Source: Paracoccaceae bacterium | GTDB lineage: Bacteria; Pseudomonadota; Alphaproteobacteria; Rhodobacterales; Rhodobacteraceae | NCBI GenBank assembly: GCA_007129775.1 | Contig: SKUV01000260.1 | Coordinates: 1 to 36,456 of the forward strand | Direction of reading: 5' to 3' | Length of the DNA stretch: 36,456 nt | Shown here: piece by piece, positions 15,374 through 26,578 of the stretch | Position numbering within the stretch: position 1 is the first letter of the stretch | Layout of the letters: the number at the start of each line of letters is the position of its first letter | Position numbers and translations under genes: made by a program | The notes under the pieces: generated by a model | What the model was told of the DNA's origin: nothing | What the model saw: only the letters and a program-made list of their open reading frames with translations | Databases searched by the model: none

Positions 15374-17653
15374 TTAACCCTTGGGCTTAAGCGGGGCGCG
15401 GCCGACATCGCAGGCGGCCATCAGGGCCATGTTCAGCACATCGTTGGTGCTGGACCGGGTGGACAGGATCTGTATCGGCTTTTCCAGCCCGGTCAGGATC
15501 GGCCCGATCACCGTGGCCCCCGCCATTTCCTGCATCAGCTTGATCGAAATCGACGCCGAATGGCGTGCCGGCACCACGAGGATATTGGCCGGGCCGGTCA
15601 GCCGGCTGAAGGGATAATAGCTCATCGATTCCATGTTCAGGGCGACATCGACGGTCATCTCGCCCTCGTATTCGAAATCGACCCCGCGCGCATCCAGAAC
15701 CTGCGGCGCCAGATTCATCTTGACGGCCCGCTCCGAGACCGGATGCCCGAAGGTCGAAAAACTGACGAAGGCCACGCGCGGCTCCAGCCCCAGTTGTCGG
15801 GCCACGCCGGCGGCGCGGATGGCGATATCGGCCAGATCATTCTCGTCGGGCCATTCGTGCACCAGCGTATCGGCCACCAGCACGATCTTGCCCCGATGCA
15901 GCAGCGCGGTGACGCCGACCGCCCCATCTGCGGCGCTGGCATCGAAGACATGATTGATCAGGTTCAGGATATAGGCAGCCTTGCGCGTGGCACCCGTCAC
16001 CAGCGCGTCGCCATGGCCGTGGGCCAGCATCAGCGCGGCAAAGACATGACGATCGCGCGCGGCCAGCCGGTGCACATCCTGCCGGTCGAAGCCGCTGCGC
16101 TGCAACCGGGCATAGAGAAAATCGCGGTATTCATCGAGGTGATCGGTATTTGCGGCATTGACCACGGTAATCTCCGACATCGCCTCGGGCATGCCGGCGG
16201 CCGCAAGCCGTTCCTGCACATCGGCCTCGCGCCCCACCACTAGTGCCTGCCCGAGCCCGCCCCGGGCATAGGCGACGGCCGCGCGCAGAACGCGGTTGCT
16301 GTCGCCCTCGGCAAAGATCATGCGGGCCTGCGCGGCGCGTGCGCGGGCATGGATGCCCTGCAGCATCGCGGCCGTGGGGTCCATGCGCGATTTCAGCGAA
16401 AGCTCATAAGCCTCCATATCCACGATCGGCCGGCGCGCGGCGCCGGTATCCATGCCAGCCCGCGCCACGGAAGGCGGAATGCGATAGATCAGGCGCGGAT
16501 CGAACGGCGCGGGAATGATATAGTCGCGCCCGAAAGTCAGGTTGCGGCCATAGGCCAGCGCGACCTCGTCGGGCACATCCTCGCGCGCAAGCTCGGCCAG
16601 CGCCCGGGCGCAGGCGATTTTCATCTCGTCATTGATCGCGCGGGCCTGAATGTCGAGCGCGCCGCGAAAGAGATAGGGAAAGCCCAACACGTTGTTGACC
16701 TGATTGGGGTAATCGCTGCGGCCGGTGGCGACGATGGCATCGGCGCGCACGGCATGGGCCTCTTCCGGCGTGATCTCGGGATCAGGGTTGGCCATGGCAA
16801 AGATCACCGGATCGGGCGCCATGCTTTCCACCATCGCCTGCGTCACCGCGCCTTTGGCCGAGACGCCGAGGAAGACGTCGGCGCCTTTCATCGCCTCTTC
16901 CAGCGTGCGCAGGTCGGTCTTTGCGGCATGGGCCGATTTCCACTGGTTCATGCCTTCGGTCCGGCCCTGCCAGATAACACCCTTGGTGTCGCACATGATG
17001 CAATTATCGTGCTGCGCGCCCATGGATTTGAGCAACTCCAGGCAGGCAATGCCCGCCGCCCCGGCGCCGTTCAGCACGATCCGGCAATCCTCGATCCGCT
17101 TGCCCGAAAGCTCCAGCGCATTGATCAGGCCGGCGGCGCAGATCACCGCCGTGCCGTGCTGGTCGTCATGAAAGACGGGAATGTCCATCTCTTCCTTGAG
17201 ACGTTGTTCAATGATGAAACATTCCGGTGCCTTGATGTCCTCCAGATTGATCCCGCCGAAGGTCGGGCCCAGCAGGCGGACGGCGCGGATGAATTCCTCC
17301 GGGTCTTCGGTGGCGAGTTCCAGATCGATCGCATTCACATCGGCGAAGCGCTTGAACAGGACGGCCTTGCCCTCCATCACCGGTTTGGAGGCCAGCGCGC
17401 CGAGATTGCCGAGACCTAGGATCGCCGAGCCGTTGGAGATCACGGCCACGAGGTTGCCCTTGGTGGTGTAGTCATAGGCCAGGCCCGGATCGCGGGCGAT
17501 CGCCTCCACCGGCACGGCGACGCCGGGGGAATAGGCAAGGCTGAGATCGCGCTGGGTCGCCATCGGGGTGGAGGGCACCACATCGAATTTCCCCGGCGTG
17601 GGTTCGGCATGATAGGTCAACGCCTCTTCGGGCGTTATGCGGGAACGGGCCAT
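15374..17653 (-). CDS. maeB: NADP-dependent malic enzyme with PTA-like C-terminal domain
   Basis: LSLAYSPGVA, KPVMEGKAVLFK, FHDDQHGTA, GAGAAG and ATGRSDYPNQVNN motifs; ATG 17653 after GAGGAGGAGGA. Confidence 0.95.
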   Translation of the reverse strand: MARSRITPEEALTYHAEPTPGKFDVVPSTPMATQRDLSLAYSPGVAVPVEAIARDPGLAYDYTTKGNLVAVISNGSAILGLGNLGALASKPVMEGKAVLFKRFADVNAIDLELATEDPEEFIRAVRLLGPTFGGINLEDIKAPECFIIEQRLKEEMDIPVFHDDQHGTAVICAAGLINALELSGKRIEDCRIVLNGAGAAGIACLELLKSMGAQHDNCIMCDTKGVIWQGRTEGMNQWKSAHAAKTDLRTLEEAMKGADVFLGVSAKGAVTQAMVESMAPDPVIFAMANPDPEITPEEAHAVRADAIVATGRSDYPNQVNNVLGFPYLFRGALDIQARAINDEMKIACARALAELAREDVPDEVALAYGRNLTFGRDYIIPAPFDPRLIYRIPPSVARAGMDTGAARRPIVDMEAYELSLKSRMDPTAAMLQGIHARARAAQARMIFAEGDSNRVLRAAVAYARGGLGQALVVGREADVQERLAAAGMPEAMSEITVVNAANTDHLDEYRDFLYARLQRSGFDRQDVHRLAARDRHVFAALMLAHGHGDALVTGATRKAAYILNLINHVFDASAADGAVGVTALLHRGKIVLVADTLVHEWPDENDLADIAIRAAGVARQLGLEPRVAFVSFSTFGHPVSERAVKMNLAPQVLDARGVDFEYEGEMTVDVALNMESMSYYPFSRLTGPANILVVPARHSASISIKLMQEMAGATVIGPILTGLEKPIQILSTRSSTNDVLNMALMAACDVGRAPLKPKG

Positions 17654-17760
17654 GACTTCCTCCTCCTCGAGCGGTCGAGTCATACCCATAGCCGCCCGAT
17701 CCGACAAGCAGACCCTTTCGCCGGCTGCGCCCCTTCGCTAGGCTGCGTCCGGGTCACCGG

Positions 17761-20445
17761 ATGGGGGGCAGTTTGGGCGAGGCAAAGGGCGCCGTCACGC
17801 CGATGATGGCGCAATATCTGGAGATCAAGGCGCAGAACCCCGAGGCGCTGCTGTTCTACCGGATGGGCGATTTCTACGAGATGTTCTTCGACGACGCCGT
17901 GGCGGCCGCTGCGGCGCTCGATATCGCTCTGACCCGTCGCGGCCAGCATCTGGGCGAAGATATCGCCATGTGCGGCGTGCCTGTGCACTCAGCCGAGGGC
18001 TATCTTCTGACACTGATCCGCAAAGGCTTTCGCGTGGCCATCGCCGAGCAACTGGAAGACCCGGCCGAGGCGAAGAAACGCGGATCAAAAGCAGTGGTGC
18101 GCCGCGATGTGGTGCGGCTGGTCACGCCCGGCACCCTGACCGAGGAGAGCCTGCTGGAGGCGCGGCGGGCGAATTACCTGGCCAGCTTTGCCCTGGTGCG
18201 CGAGGCCGGCGCGCTGGCTTGGGCTGATATCTCGACCGGCGAGGTTCGGGTGATGCCCTGCCCGCCGGCACGGTTGGGCGCCGAACTGGCCCGTCTCGCC
18301 CCTCGCGAGGTGATCGTGTCGGAGGCGAACGAGGCTCTGATCCGCGCAACAGTGTCGGATTCGGGCGCCGCGCTGACCCCCCTGGCGCGCGCCAGCTTTG
18401 ACAGCACCGGGGCCGAGCGGCGGCTGTGTGAACTCTATTCCGTCGCGACGCTGGAGGGCTTCGGCGGCTTTGGCCGGGCAGAGTTGAGCGCGCTGGGCGG
18501 GCTGGTCGAATATCTCGACCTGACACAACGCGGACGCCTGCCCCTGCTGCTTCCTCCGGTGCGCGAGACGGCGGATCGGGTGATGCAGATCGACGCCGCC
18601 ACCCGGCGGAACCTCGAATTGACCCACGGAACGGGCGGCGGGCGCGAGGGCTCGCTGCTGGCCGCGGTGGACCGGACGCTGACAGCCGCGGGCGGGCGCC
18701 TGCTGGAGCGGCGGCTGTCCAGCCCGTCGCGCGATCTGGGCACGATCCGCGACCGGCACGCTGCTGTGGGGTGGCTGGCCGATCAGCGAGAAGCGGCCGA
18801 CGCTTTGCGCAAGGCACTTCGCGGCGTGCCCGATATCGACCGGGCGCTGTCGCGCCTCGCGCTCGACCGGGGCGGGCCGCGCGATCTGGCGGCGATCCGC
18901 GCGGGGCTGGCCGAGGCCGAGGTAATTGCGCAAACGATGCCCGAGGATGCACCGGCCCTGCTGGCCGAGGCCGCGGCGGCGCTGCGGCTGAATCCGGCGC
19001 TGAGCGGCTTGCTGGAGCGGGCGCTGGTGGCCGAGCCGCCGGTGCTCGCGCGGGATGGCAATTTCGTCGCCAAGGGCTTCGATGCCGATCTGGACGAGGC
19101 GCGCGCCCTGCGCGACGAGGGGCGCGGCGTCATCGCCCGGATGCAGGCCAATTACGCACAGCAGGCGGGTATCCCGTCGCTCCGCATCCGGCACAACAAC
19201 GTTCTGGGGTATTTCATCGAAACCACGGCGACCCATGCCGAAAAGATGACGAAACCGCCGCTGAGTGACACATTCATCCACCGCCAGACCACTGCGAACC
19301 AGATCCGGTTTACCACGCTCTCGCTGTCGGAGATGGAGACGAAGATCCTTAACGCCGGCGGGCGGGCGCTGGAGATCGAGAAACGGATTTTCGAGGAATT
19401 GCGCGCCGCAGTGCTGGCCGAGGCGGGACCGCTGGCACAGGCTGCGCGGGGGCTGGCCGAGATCGACCTTTCCTGCGCCTTCGCCGATCTGGCTCTGGCC
19501 GAGGATTGGTGCGCGCCACAGGTGGACGAGAGCCGCGCCTTCGCCATCACCGGCGGGCGTCATCCGGTCGTCGAACGCGCGCTGCGGCGCGAGGGCACGC
19601 CCTTCGTGGCGAATGATTGCGACCTGAGCGCCGAGGGGGGCGCCGCGTCGATCTGGCTGCTGACCGGGCCGAACATGGCCGGCAAATCGACCTTTCTACG
19701 CCAGAATGCCCTGATTGCGATTCTGGCGCAGGCTGGTGCCTTCGTGCCGGCGCAAGCCGCTCAAATCGGGCTGGTCAGTCAGGTGTTCAGCCGTGTCGGC
19801 GCATCGGATGATCTGGCGCGGGGGCGGTCCACCTTCATGGTGGAAATGGTCGAGACCGCTGCGATCCTGAATCAGGCCAATGACCGGGCGCTGGTCATCC
19901 TCGACGAGATCGGGCGGGGAACGGCGACATGGGACGGGCTGTCGATCGCCTGGGCGGTGCTGGAGCATCTGCACGAGGCCAACCGCGCGCGCGCCCTCTT
20001 CGCCACCCATTACCACGAGATGACGGCACTGGCCGGGCGCCTGGACGGCGTGGAGAACGCCACCGTCGCCGTGCGCGAATGGGACGGCGAAGTGATCTTT
20101 CTGCACGAGGTGCGGCGCGGGGCGGCGGATCGCAGCTATGGCGTGCAGGTGGCGCGGCTGGCCGGGCTGCCCGACAGCGTGGTGGCGCGGGCGCGGGTGG
20201 TGCTGGAAGCGCTGGAAAAAGGCGAACGGGACGGCGGCAGCGCGGGCAAGTCGGCCGTTCTGGACGACCTGCCGCTTTTCGCCGCCCGGCCGGCAGCCGA
20301 GACCCGGGCACGGCAAGTGCCGGCGGCCCCTGCCCCGGCTCTGGATCGGTTGCGCGCCGTGCAGCCCGACGAGTTGACCCCGCGCGAAGCGCTTGATTTG
20401 CTTTATGAATTGCGCGGCATGCTGGAGGACCCGCCCGACGGCTGA
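17761..20445 (+). CDS. mutS: DNA mismatch repair protein MutS
   Basis: [40 protein letters not shown] and FATHYHE motifs. Confidence 0.97.
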   Translation: MGGSLGEAKGAVTPMMAQYLEIKAQNPEALLFYRMGDFYEMFFDDAVAAAAALDIALTRRGQHLGEDIAMCGVPVHSAEGYLLTLIRKGFRVAIAEQLEDPAEAKKRGSKAVVRRDVVRLVTPGTLTEESLLEARRANYLASFALVREAGALAWADISTGEVRVMPCPPARLGAELARLAPREVIVSEANEALIRATVSDSGAALTPLARASFDSTGAERRLCELYSVATLEGFGGFGRAELSALGGLVEYLDLTQRGRLPLLLPPVRETADRVMQIDAATRRNLELTHGTGGGREGSLLAAVDRTLTAAGGRLLERRLSSPSRDLGTIRDRHAAVGWLADQREAADALRKALRGVPDIDRALSRLALDRGGPRDLAAIRAGLAEAEVIAQTMPEDAPALLAEAAAALRLNPALSGLLERALVAEPPVLARDGNFVAKGFDADLDEARALRDEGRGVIARMQANYAQQAGIPSLRIRHNNVLGYFIETTATHAEKMTKPPLSDTFIHRQTTANQIRFTTLSLSEMETKILNAGGRALEIEKRIFEELRAAVLAEAGPLAQAARGLAEIDLSCAFADLALAEDWCAPQVDESRAFAITGGRHPVVERALRREGTPFVANDCDLSAEGGAASIWLLTGPNMAGKSTFLRQNALIAILAQAGAFVPAQAAQIGLVSQVFSRVGASDDLARGRSTFMVEMVETAAILNQANDRALVILDEIGRGTATWDGLSIAWAVLEHLHEANRARALFATHYHEMTALAGRLDGVENATVAVREWDGEVIFLHEVRRGAADRSYGVQVARLAGLPDSVVARARVVLEALEKGERDGGSAGKSAVLDDLPLFAARPAAETRARQVPAAPAPALDRLRAVQPDELTPREALDLLYELRGMLEDPPDG

Positions 20446-20454
20446 GGCAACGGG

Positions 20455-21102
20455 TCAGCCGGGGGGCGTGGAGGCGACGCCCACCTGCGCAGGGCGCAGA
20501 AGCTGGTCGTGCAGGCGGAACCCCTCGGCCATGACCTGAATGATCTGTCCTGCAGTGAAATCGGGTACCGGAGCCTCGAACATCGCCTGATGCAGATGGG
20601 GGTCGAACATCTCGCCCGGTTCGGGGCAGATGCGCTCGACGCCATGCTTGTGCAGGATATTGGACAGTTCACGCAGCGTCAGTTCCACCCCCTCGACAAA
20701 GCCCGGCGCGGTGCCGCGCACGTCCTCCGATGCGGCCTCGAGCGCGCGGGACAGGTTGTCGTACACCGGGAGCATATCGCGCGAGAGCTTCGCGCCGCCG
20801 TAGAGAAGGCCCTCGCGCCGGTCCTTTTCGGCGCGTTTGCGGCTGTTTTCGGCATCGGCAAGCGCACGCATCAGTCGATCGCGCATGGTGTCACGCTCGG
20901 CCTCGAGTTCAGCGATGCGCGCCTCGGCCCGCAACAAGGGATCGTCCCGATCTCCGTCAGAGACGTCTTCACCGAGTTCAGGTCCGTCGTGGGACTGGGC
21001 GCCGTTCTCTGCCGCATCGCCGGCGTTGGCTGCAGAGGTATTTGCTGCGCTTTCGGCCTCGATTTCGTCCTGAGGGGCCTTTTGCGTATTGGGATTGGCC
21101 AT
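20455..21102 (-). CDS. grpE: Nucleotide exchange factor GrpE
   Basis: RALADAENSRKR, FDPHLHQAM and GFRLHDQLLRPAQV motifs; downstream of hrcA. Confidence 0.95.
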   Translation of the reverse strand: MANPNTQKAPQDEIEAESAANTSAANAGDAAENGAQSHDGPELGEDVSDGDRDDPLLRAEARIAELEAERDTMRDRLMRALADAENSRKRAEKDRREGLLYGGAKLSRDMLPVYDNLSRALEAASEDVRGTAPGFVEGVELTLRELSNILHKHGVERICPEPGEMFDPHLHQAMFEAPVPDFTAGQIIQVMAEGFRLHDQLLRPAQVGVASTPPG

Positions 21103-21116
21103 TCTCTTCCTCTTGG

Positions 21117-22187
21117 TCAGGGTCCGCGATCGCTGAGCATTCTGCCCACCAGTTGCGCGGTGTAATCCACGATGGGCACGATTCGCCCGTAATTCAGCCG
21201 CGTCGGTCCGATCACGCCAACCGCACCGACAACCTTGCGTTCGGCGTTCATATAAGGAGAGACGACCAGAGAGGAACCCGTCAGCGAAAAAAGCTTGTTT
21301 TCGGCGCCGATGAAGATGCGCACGCCCTCGCCCTCTTCGGCCAGTTCCAGAAATTCGACGATGTCGCGCTTGCGCTCCAGATCATCGAAGAGGCTGCGGA
21401 TGCGCGCGAGGTCTTCGGCCTCGGTCGCCGTGTCGAGCAGGTTCGAGCGACCGCGCACGATCAGCCGCTCGTGGGGTTGGCCTTCGTTTTCCCAGAGCGC
21501 GATGCCGCTTTGCACCAGATCGCGGGCGAGGCTGTCGATCTCCTGCCGGCGGGTGACGATCTCGTCCTTCATGCGGCGGCGCAGGTCGGTCAGGGTGCGG
21601 CCCTCTGCGATGGCGTTGAGGAAGTTCGCGGCCTCGCGCATGGATGAAGGAGTCTGGCCGGGGGGCGGGATAAAGACGCGGTTTTCCACATGGCCGTCGG
21701 CGAAGACGAGAACCACAAGCGCGCGCTCGGGTGCGAGGCTGACGAATTCGATATGCCGAATCGGCGCCTCGTGCTTCGGCGACAGAACGAGGCTTGCGCC
21801 CTGGGTTATGCCGGACAGCGCGGAACCGACGCGGTCGAGCAGGCCTGTGACGTCGTGATCGTTGCTGCCGAGTGTGGCGTCGAGCTTTTCGCGATCATCG
21901 GGGCCAAGGGGGGCGACTTCGAGCAGGCCATCGACAAAGAGACGCAGGCCGAGATTGGTGGGCACCCGGCCGGCCGAGACATGGGGGCTGTCGAGCAGGC
22001 CCAGAAACTCAAGGTCCTGCATCACGTTGCGAATCGTCGCGGCCGAAACTTTTTCGCTGAAATTGCGGGTGAGCGTGCGTGAACCGACGGGGTCGCCGCT
22101 GTCGAGATACCCTTCGACCACGCGGCGAAACACCTCGCGCGAGCGGTCGTTGAGTTCGGCGAGTATGGCGGCTCCGTTCCTGGTCAT
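21117..22187 (-). CDS. hrcA: Heat-inducible transcription repressor HrcA
   Basis: PVGSRTL, SAATIRNVMQDLE, PHVSAGRVPT and IGPTRLNY motifs; ATG 22187. Confidence 0.95.
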   Translation of the reverse strand: MTRNGAAILAELNDRSREVFRRVVEGYLDSGDPVGSRTLTRNFSEKVSAATIRNVMQDLEFLGLLDSPHVSAGRVPTNLGLRLFVDGLLEVAPLGPDDREKLDATLGSNDHDVTGLLDRVGSALSGITQGASLVLSPKHEAPIRHIEFVSLAPERALVVLVFADGHVENRVFIPPPGQTPSSMREAANFLNAIAEGRTLTDLRRRMKDEIVTRRQEIDSLARDLVQSGIALWENEGQPHERLIVRGRSNLLDTATEAEDLARIRSLFDDLERKRDIVEFLELAEEGEGVRIFIGAENKLFSLTGSSLVVSPYMNAERKVVGAVGVIGPTRLNYGRIVPIVDYTAQLVGRMLSDRGP

Positions 22188-22321
22188 GCCCTTTCTCCGA
22201 CGATCCACTTCAATGACGCAGCGGGATGCTGCCGTCAACGCCCGGTCGGCGGTCCACGGGACGGGTTGCGCCACCGGGCCCTCGGCCTGTATCTGGGCGC
22301 AGGCAAAGGAAAGGACAGGAC

Positions 22322-23062
22322 ATGCGCCCTTCGGGACGTGACATAAGCGCGATGCGGGCGGTTTCAATCGAGACCGGAGTGGTGAAACATGCCGAGGGCA
22401 GCTGTCTGATCAGGATCGGGGATACCCACGTTTTGTGCACCGCCTCGGTCGAGGAGCGTACGCCGCCGTTCTTGAAAAATACCGGCCTGGGATGGGTGAC
22501 GGCGGAATACGGGATGTTGCCCCGGGCAACGGGCACGCGCAACCGACGCGAGGCGGCGAGTGGCAAGCAGACCGGAAGAACCGTTGAGATTCAACGCCTT
22601 ATAGGTCGTTCTTTGCGTGCTGGAATCGACCGCGCAGGAATGGGCGAACGGCAGATCACCGTGGATTGCGATGTATTGCAGGCCGACGGCGGAACGCGTT
22701 GCGCCGCCATCACCGGTGGATGGGTGGCGCTTAGACTTGCCGTGACGAAGCTGATGACCGCAGGGGCCATCGCGCGCGATCCGATGCTGGACCATATCTC
22801 GGCGGTCAGTTGTGGCATCTATGCGGGGCAACCGGTGCTGGATTTGGACTACGCCGAGGACAGCGCCGCCGGCGTGGACGGGAATTTCGTGATGACCGGA
22901 TCGGGCCAGTTGGTTGAGGTCCAGATGTCGGCAGAAGGGGCGACCTTTTCCCGTGATCAGATGGGTAGGCTTCTCGATCTTGCGGCGGAGGGCTCGCAGA
23001 GGCTGGTTGCCGCCCAGGCGGATGCAGTGGGGCAGCTCACGTCGTCGGAGGGTAGCGCATGA
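22322..23062 (+). CDS. rph: Ribonuclease PH
   Basis: [38 protein letters not shown] and ADGGTR motifs; ATG 22322. Confidence 0.96.
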   Translation: MRPSGRDISAMRAVSIETGVVKHAEGSCLIRIGDTHVLCTASVEERTPPFLKNTGLGWVTAEYGMLPRATGTRNRREAASGKQTGRTVEIQRLIGRSLRAGIDRAGMGERQITVDCDVLQADGGTRCAAITGGWVALRLAVTKLMTAGAIARDPMLDHISAVSCGIYAGQPVLDLDYAEDSAAGVDGNFVMTGSGQLVEVQMSAEGATFSRDQMGRLLDLAAEGSQRLVAAQADAVGQLTSSEGSA

Positions 23063-23667
23063 GGCGCTTCGAGGGCGACCGATTGCTGGTCGCGACACAT
23101 AACCGTGGAAAACTCGAAGAGATCGCCGCGCTTTTGGCGCCATATCAAGTCACCTGTGTCGGGGCGTCGGAATTGGGGCTGGAGGAGCCGGACGAGACCG
23201 AAGACAGTTTTGTGGGCAATGCGCGCATCAAGGCGCATGCAGCTGCCCGCAGCACGGGCTTGCCTGCCCTGGCCGACGATTCGGGCATTTGCATCGATGC
23301 TCTGCGTGGGGCACCTGGTGTGTATACCGCTGACTGGGCCGAAACCGGAAGCCGGCGTGATTTCGTGGCGGCGATGACGCGAACGTGGGAGGAGCTGGAG
23401 CGCGCGAGCGCGCCCGAGCCACGGCGCGCGCAGTTTTGCTGCACCCTTGTGCTGGCGTGGCCTGATGGGGTTGATGCCGTGTTCGAGGGTGTGATGCCGG
23501 GGCGGATCGTCTGGCCGATGAGAGGAGAGCAGGGCCATGGCTACGACCCGATCTTTCAGCCCGACGGATTCGAAATCACCTTTGGCGAGATGGACCGCTG
23601 GGAGAAAAATCGCATCAGCCATCGCGCCGATGCCTTCCGGAAATTGATCTCCGGATGTTTCACATGA
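23059..23667 (+). CDS. rdgB: Non-canonical purine NTP pyrophosphatase (RdgB/HAM1)
   Basis: ATHNRGK, ADDSG, GYDPIF and KNRISHRA motifs. Confidence 0.95.
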   Translation: MRRFEGDRLLVATHNRGKLEEIAALLAPYQVTCVGASELGLEEPDETEDSFVGNARIKAHAAARSTGLPALADDSGICIDALRGAPGVYTADWAETGSRRDFVAAMTRTWEELERASAPEPRRAQFCCTLVLAWPDGVDAVFEGVMPGRIVWPMRGEQGHGYDPIFQPDGFEITFGEMDRWEKNRISHRADAFRKLISGCFT

Positions 23668-23671
23668 AACA
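23656..23671. promoter_or_regulatory. parS: parS site 1
   Basis: TGTTTCACATGAAACA, 1 mismatch to TGTTTCACGTGAAACA; inverted repeat extends over 23654-23673. Confidence 0.88.
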
Positions 23672-24845
23672 TCACGCGCCCTTCCGTGCCGCCGAAGATT
23701 GGCGTCACGGCGGCTTTGCGCTTTATGTGCATTGGCCATATTGCAGCGCGAAGTGCCCCTATTGCGATTTCAATTCTCATGTGGCGACGCGAATCGACCA
23801 TAAGGCTTGGCGCACCGCATATCTGCGCGAGCTAGAGCGCGAAGCTCCACGTTTTGCGGGCCGCCGGCTGCAATCCATCTTCTTCGGAGGAGGCACGCCC
23901 AGCCTGATGGAGCCGTACACCGTCGCAGAGGTCATTCGCGGCGCGACCGATATCTGGGAACCGGCCATTGATCTGGAGGTGACGCTGGAGGCCAATCCGA
24001 CGTCCAGCGAAGCGGCACGCTTTGCCGGCTTTCGTGAAGCTGGTGTGAATCGATTGTCGATAGGGGTTCAAGCGCTAGATGATACGGCATTGAAGCGTCT
24101 TGGCCGGCAGCACGATTCCGCGACTGCACTGGCGGCTGTGGCTCTTGCAAGATCTCTCTTCGACCGGGTGAGCTTGGATCTGATTTATGCGCGACAGGAC
24201 CAGACGCTGGCACAGTGGGAGGCAGAGCTGCAGCACGTGCTTGCCCTTCATCCGGATCACCTCTCACTCTATCAACTCACAATCGAACCAGAAACGGTTT
24301 TCGGGCGTCGCCATGCCGAAGGCCGTTTGACTGGTCTGCCCGATGAAGATCTCGCTGCGGATATGTACGATCTGACCGGTGATGTCTGCAGCGCCGCGGG
24401 ATTGGCGGCATATGAGATTTCCAATTATTCCCGTGTCGGCGCTGCGGCACGACACAACCTCGTTTATTGGCGCTACGGAGATTTCGTTGGAATCGGACCA
24501 GGTGCCCACGGCCGTGTAATGCTTGAAGGTCACCGGTATGCGACTATCGCGGAGCGTGATCCCCTCCGCTGGCTTGGGTCGGCCCATGCCGGGCGTTCCG
24601 AACATGTTTCCTTGAACCAGCTTAATGCTTTGGAGCAGGCGGAAGAGATGCTCATGATGGGCCTTCGGCTGTACGAAGGGGTCAGCTTGTCGCGCTACAA
24701 AGAACTGTCCGGTAATCCCCTATCGCAAACGACCATTGACAGACTGCGTGACGATGGGCTGCTGGAGAGTAGCGACGGAAGTCTGCGCTGCACCCACGAT
24801 GGCCGCCGCCTTCTAAATGAAATCCTGCGACACCTTCTCGCGTAA
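23664..24845 (+). CDS. hemW: Radical SAM heme chaperone HemW
   Basis: YVHWPYCSAKCPYCDFNS (CxxxCxxC), FFGGGTPS, YEISNY and HNLVYW motifs; start at ATG 23664 (ATGA overlap with rdgB) or 23655. Confidence 0.92.
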   Translation: MKHHAPFRAAEDWRHGGFALYVHWPYCSAKCPYCDFNSHVATRIDHKAWRTAYLRELEREAPRFAGRRLQSIFFGGGTPSLMEPYTVAEVIRGATDIWEPAIDLEVTLEANPTSSEAARFAGFREAGVNRLSIGVQALDDTALKRLGRQHDSATALAAVALARSLFDRVSLDLIYARQDQTLAQWEAELQHVLALHPDHLSLYQLTIEPETVFGRRHAEGRLTGLPDEDLAADMYDLTGDVCSAAGLAAYEISNYSRVGAAARHNLVYWRYGDFVGIGPGAHGRVMLEGHRYATIAERDPLRWLGSAHAGRSEHVSLNQLNALEQAEEMLMMGLRLYEGVSLSRYKELSGNPLSQTTIDRLRDDGLLESSDGSLRCTHDGRRLLNEILRHLLA

Positions 24846-24851
24846 GACGCT

Positions 24852-25751
24852 TCACCGCACTTGAGATAGTATCTGGCACAGCTGATCCAGATCGTCGAGC
24901 GTTTTATAGCGGATTATCACCTGCCCTCCGCCTTCGGACGGCCGATGATCAATCACGACACTCATGCGCAAGTTGGCGGACAAGTCCTGTTCCAATGCCT
25001 TTGTATCGGCGTCCTTCTCATTGTCATATGCGGAGGACGTTCTTCTTCGCGGCCGCCTCTTGGCGCTATCGCCCGTTCTCGCAAGTGCTTCCGCTTCGCG
25101 AACCGTCAAACTGCGCTCCACGATTTGCCGGGCAAGCTCCGACGGGTTCGCCGCTGTGATCAGGGCACGGGCATGGCCAGCCGTTAGTTGGCCGTTCCGA
25201 AGCATATCTTGAACATCAGCTGGTAAGGACAAAAGCCGAAGCGTGTTGGCGATGTGACTCCGGCTCTTGCCAAGTGCTGTGGCGAGTTTTTCCTGCGTGT
25301 GGTTGAACCTGTCAATCAACTGCCGAAAGCCCTCAGCCTCTTCGAGGGGACTAAGGTCCGATCGCTGGATGTTCTCGATTATGGCGATTTCGAGCACTTC
25401 GACGTCATCGAAAGCGCCGACAATGACAGGCACTTCATGTATTTGCGCCATCTGTGCTGCGCGCCAGCGACGTTCTCCGGCGACGATTTCAAACATGCCG
25501 TCGTCGGCTGGGCGGACGATCAGCGGCTGTAGCACTCCTTTTGCGCGGATTGAGACCGCGAGATCGGCAAGCGCTTCGCTGTCGAAGCGTTTTCTCGGCT
25601 GAGATGGATTGGGTTGAATCCGATCTATGGCAAGCGTCTGTGTCCCCCGAACGCCGGCGCTTGGATCCTCGGCAGCGCCGGGAGATCCCACATCCGCCAT
25701 CAAGGCGGAGAGACCGCGCCCGAGGCCTCTCTTTCCCTTTTTCTCGCTCAT
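24852..25751 (-). CDS. parB: Chromosome partitioning protein ParB
   Basis: GLGRGLSAL, QPRKRF, GERRWRAA, ENIQRSDL and GKSRSHIAN (HTH) motifs. Confidence 0.97.
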   Translation of the reverse strand: MSEKKGKRGLGRGLSALMADVGSPGAAEDPSAGVRGTQTLAIDRIQPNPSQPRKRFDSEALADLAVSIRAKGVLQPLIVRPADDGMFEIVAGERRWRAAQMAQIHEVPVIVGAFDDVEVLEIAIIENIQRSDLSPLEEAEGFRQLIDRFNHTQEKLATALGKSRSHIANTLRLLSLPADVQDMLRNGQLTAGHARALITAANPSELARQIVERSLTVREAEALARTGDSAKRRPRRRTSSAYDNEKDADTKALEQDLSANLRMSVVIDHRPSEGGGQVIIRYKTLDDLDQLCQILSQVR

Positions 25752-26578
25752 TCGGCTTTGGCCTTCTGTCGATTGGTCGATCTCCGGTCGAGTATTTCCC
25801 GCGCAAGGGCTCTGTAAGCCGATGCCCCCTTGGACTGGCTATCATAGCTCAGCACTGGTTCGGCGAAAGACGGCGCCTCGCTGAGACGAACATTCCGCGG
25901 GATGACGGTCGAAAACACGACCTCGCCCAAAGTCGCCCGGGCATCACTTTCGACCTGTTGCGCAAGTCTATTGCGATTATCCTGCATCGTCAGCAGAACC
26001 CCCTCAATACGCAGATCCGGATTGGCGGACTTCCGGATTTCTCGGATCGTCAGCATGAGCTGCGAAAGCCCTTCCAACGCGAAGAACTCTGCTTGAAGCG
26101 GCAACAAAACCGAGTTCGCTGCCACCATCGCATTGACGGTCAGAAGGCTCAGTGACGGAGGGCAATCGACAAGCACGAAATCGAAACCGAAGCTTGTCAG
26201 ATGATCCGACGCGAGAGCATCACGCATCAAGAAACTGCGTCGTTCCGAGCGTGAAATCTCGATATCCGCAGACGCGAGGTCGCTGTTCGCCGGCGATATC
26301 CACACCCCCTGCACATCCGTGCGCTGGATCACTTCTTCATAAGGGCAGGACTCAAGAAGCAGATCATAGGTCGTCCTGTGCCTCCGGTCAGCTGCAACGC
26401 CGAACCCTGTCGAAGCGTTCCCCTGAGGATCGAGGTCAATCACCAAGACGCGCTTTCCGTGTTCCGCAAGTGCAGCGGAAAGGTTTATCGCGGTCGTGGT
26501 CTTTCCAACCCCGCCTTTTTGGTTGGCGATTGCGATCACCTGCGGAGGTCGCGGTTGCCTGTATTCATCATGCTGCAT
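25748..26578 (-). CDS. parA: Chromosome partitioning ATPase ParA
   Basis: ANQKGGVGKTT, DLDPQGNAS, DCPPSL and IPRNVRLSEAPS motifs; start taken as ATG 26578. Confidence 0.96.
   Translation of the reverse strand: MQHDEYRQPRPPQVIAIANQKGGVGKTTTAINLSAALAEHGKRVLVIDLDPQGNASTGFGVAADRRHRTTYDLLLESCPYEEVIQRTDVQGVWISPANSDLASADIEISRSERRSFLMRDALASDHLTSFGFDFVLVDCPPSLSLLTVNAMVAANSVLLPLQAEFFALEGLSQLMLTIREIRKSANPDLRIEGVLLTMQDNRNRLAQQVESDARATLGEVVFSTVIPRNVRLSEAPSFAEPVLSYDSQSKGASAYRALAREILDRRSTNRQKAKAE

Noticed and set aside
22188-22321. CIRCE operator upstream of hrcA
   Set aside because: No TTAGCACTC-N9-GAGTGCTAA found.
21117-22367. Longest-ORF starts in the track for hrcA (also rph, parA, aroE, coaE, maeB, smr, thioesterase, GT2)
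   Set aside because: The extensions overlap neighbouring genes or promoters and lack family similarity; downstream starts with RBS or ATGA coupling were used.
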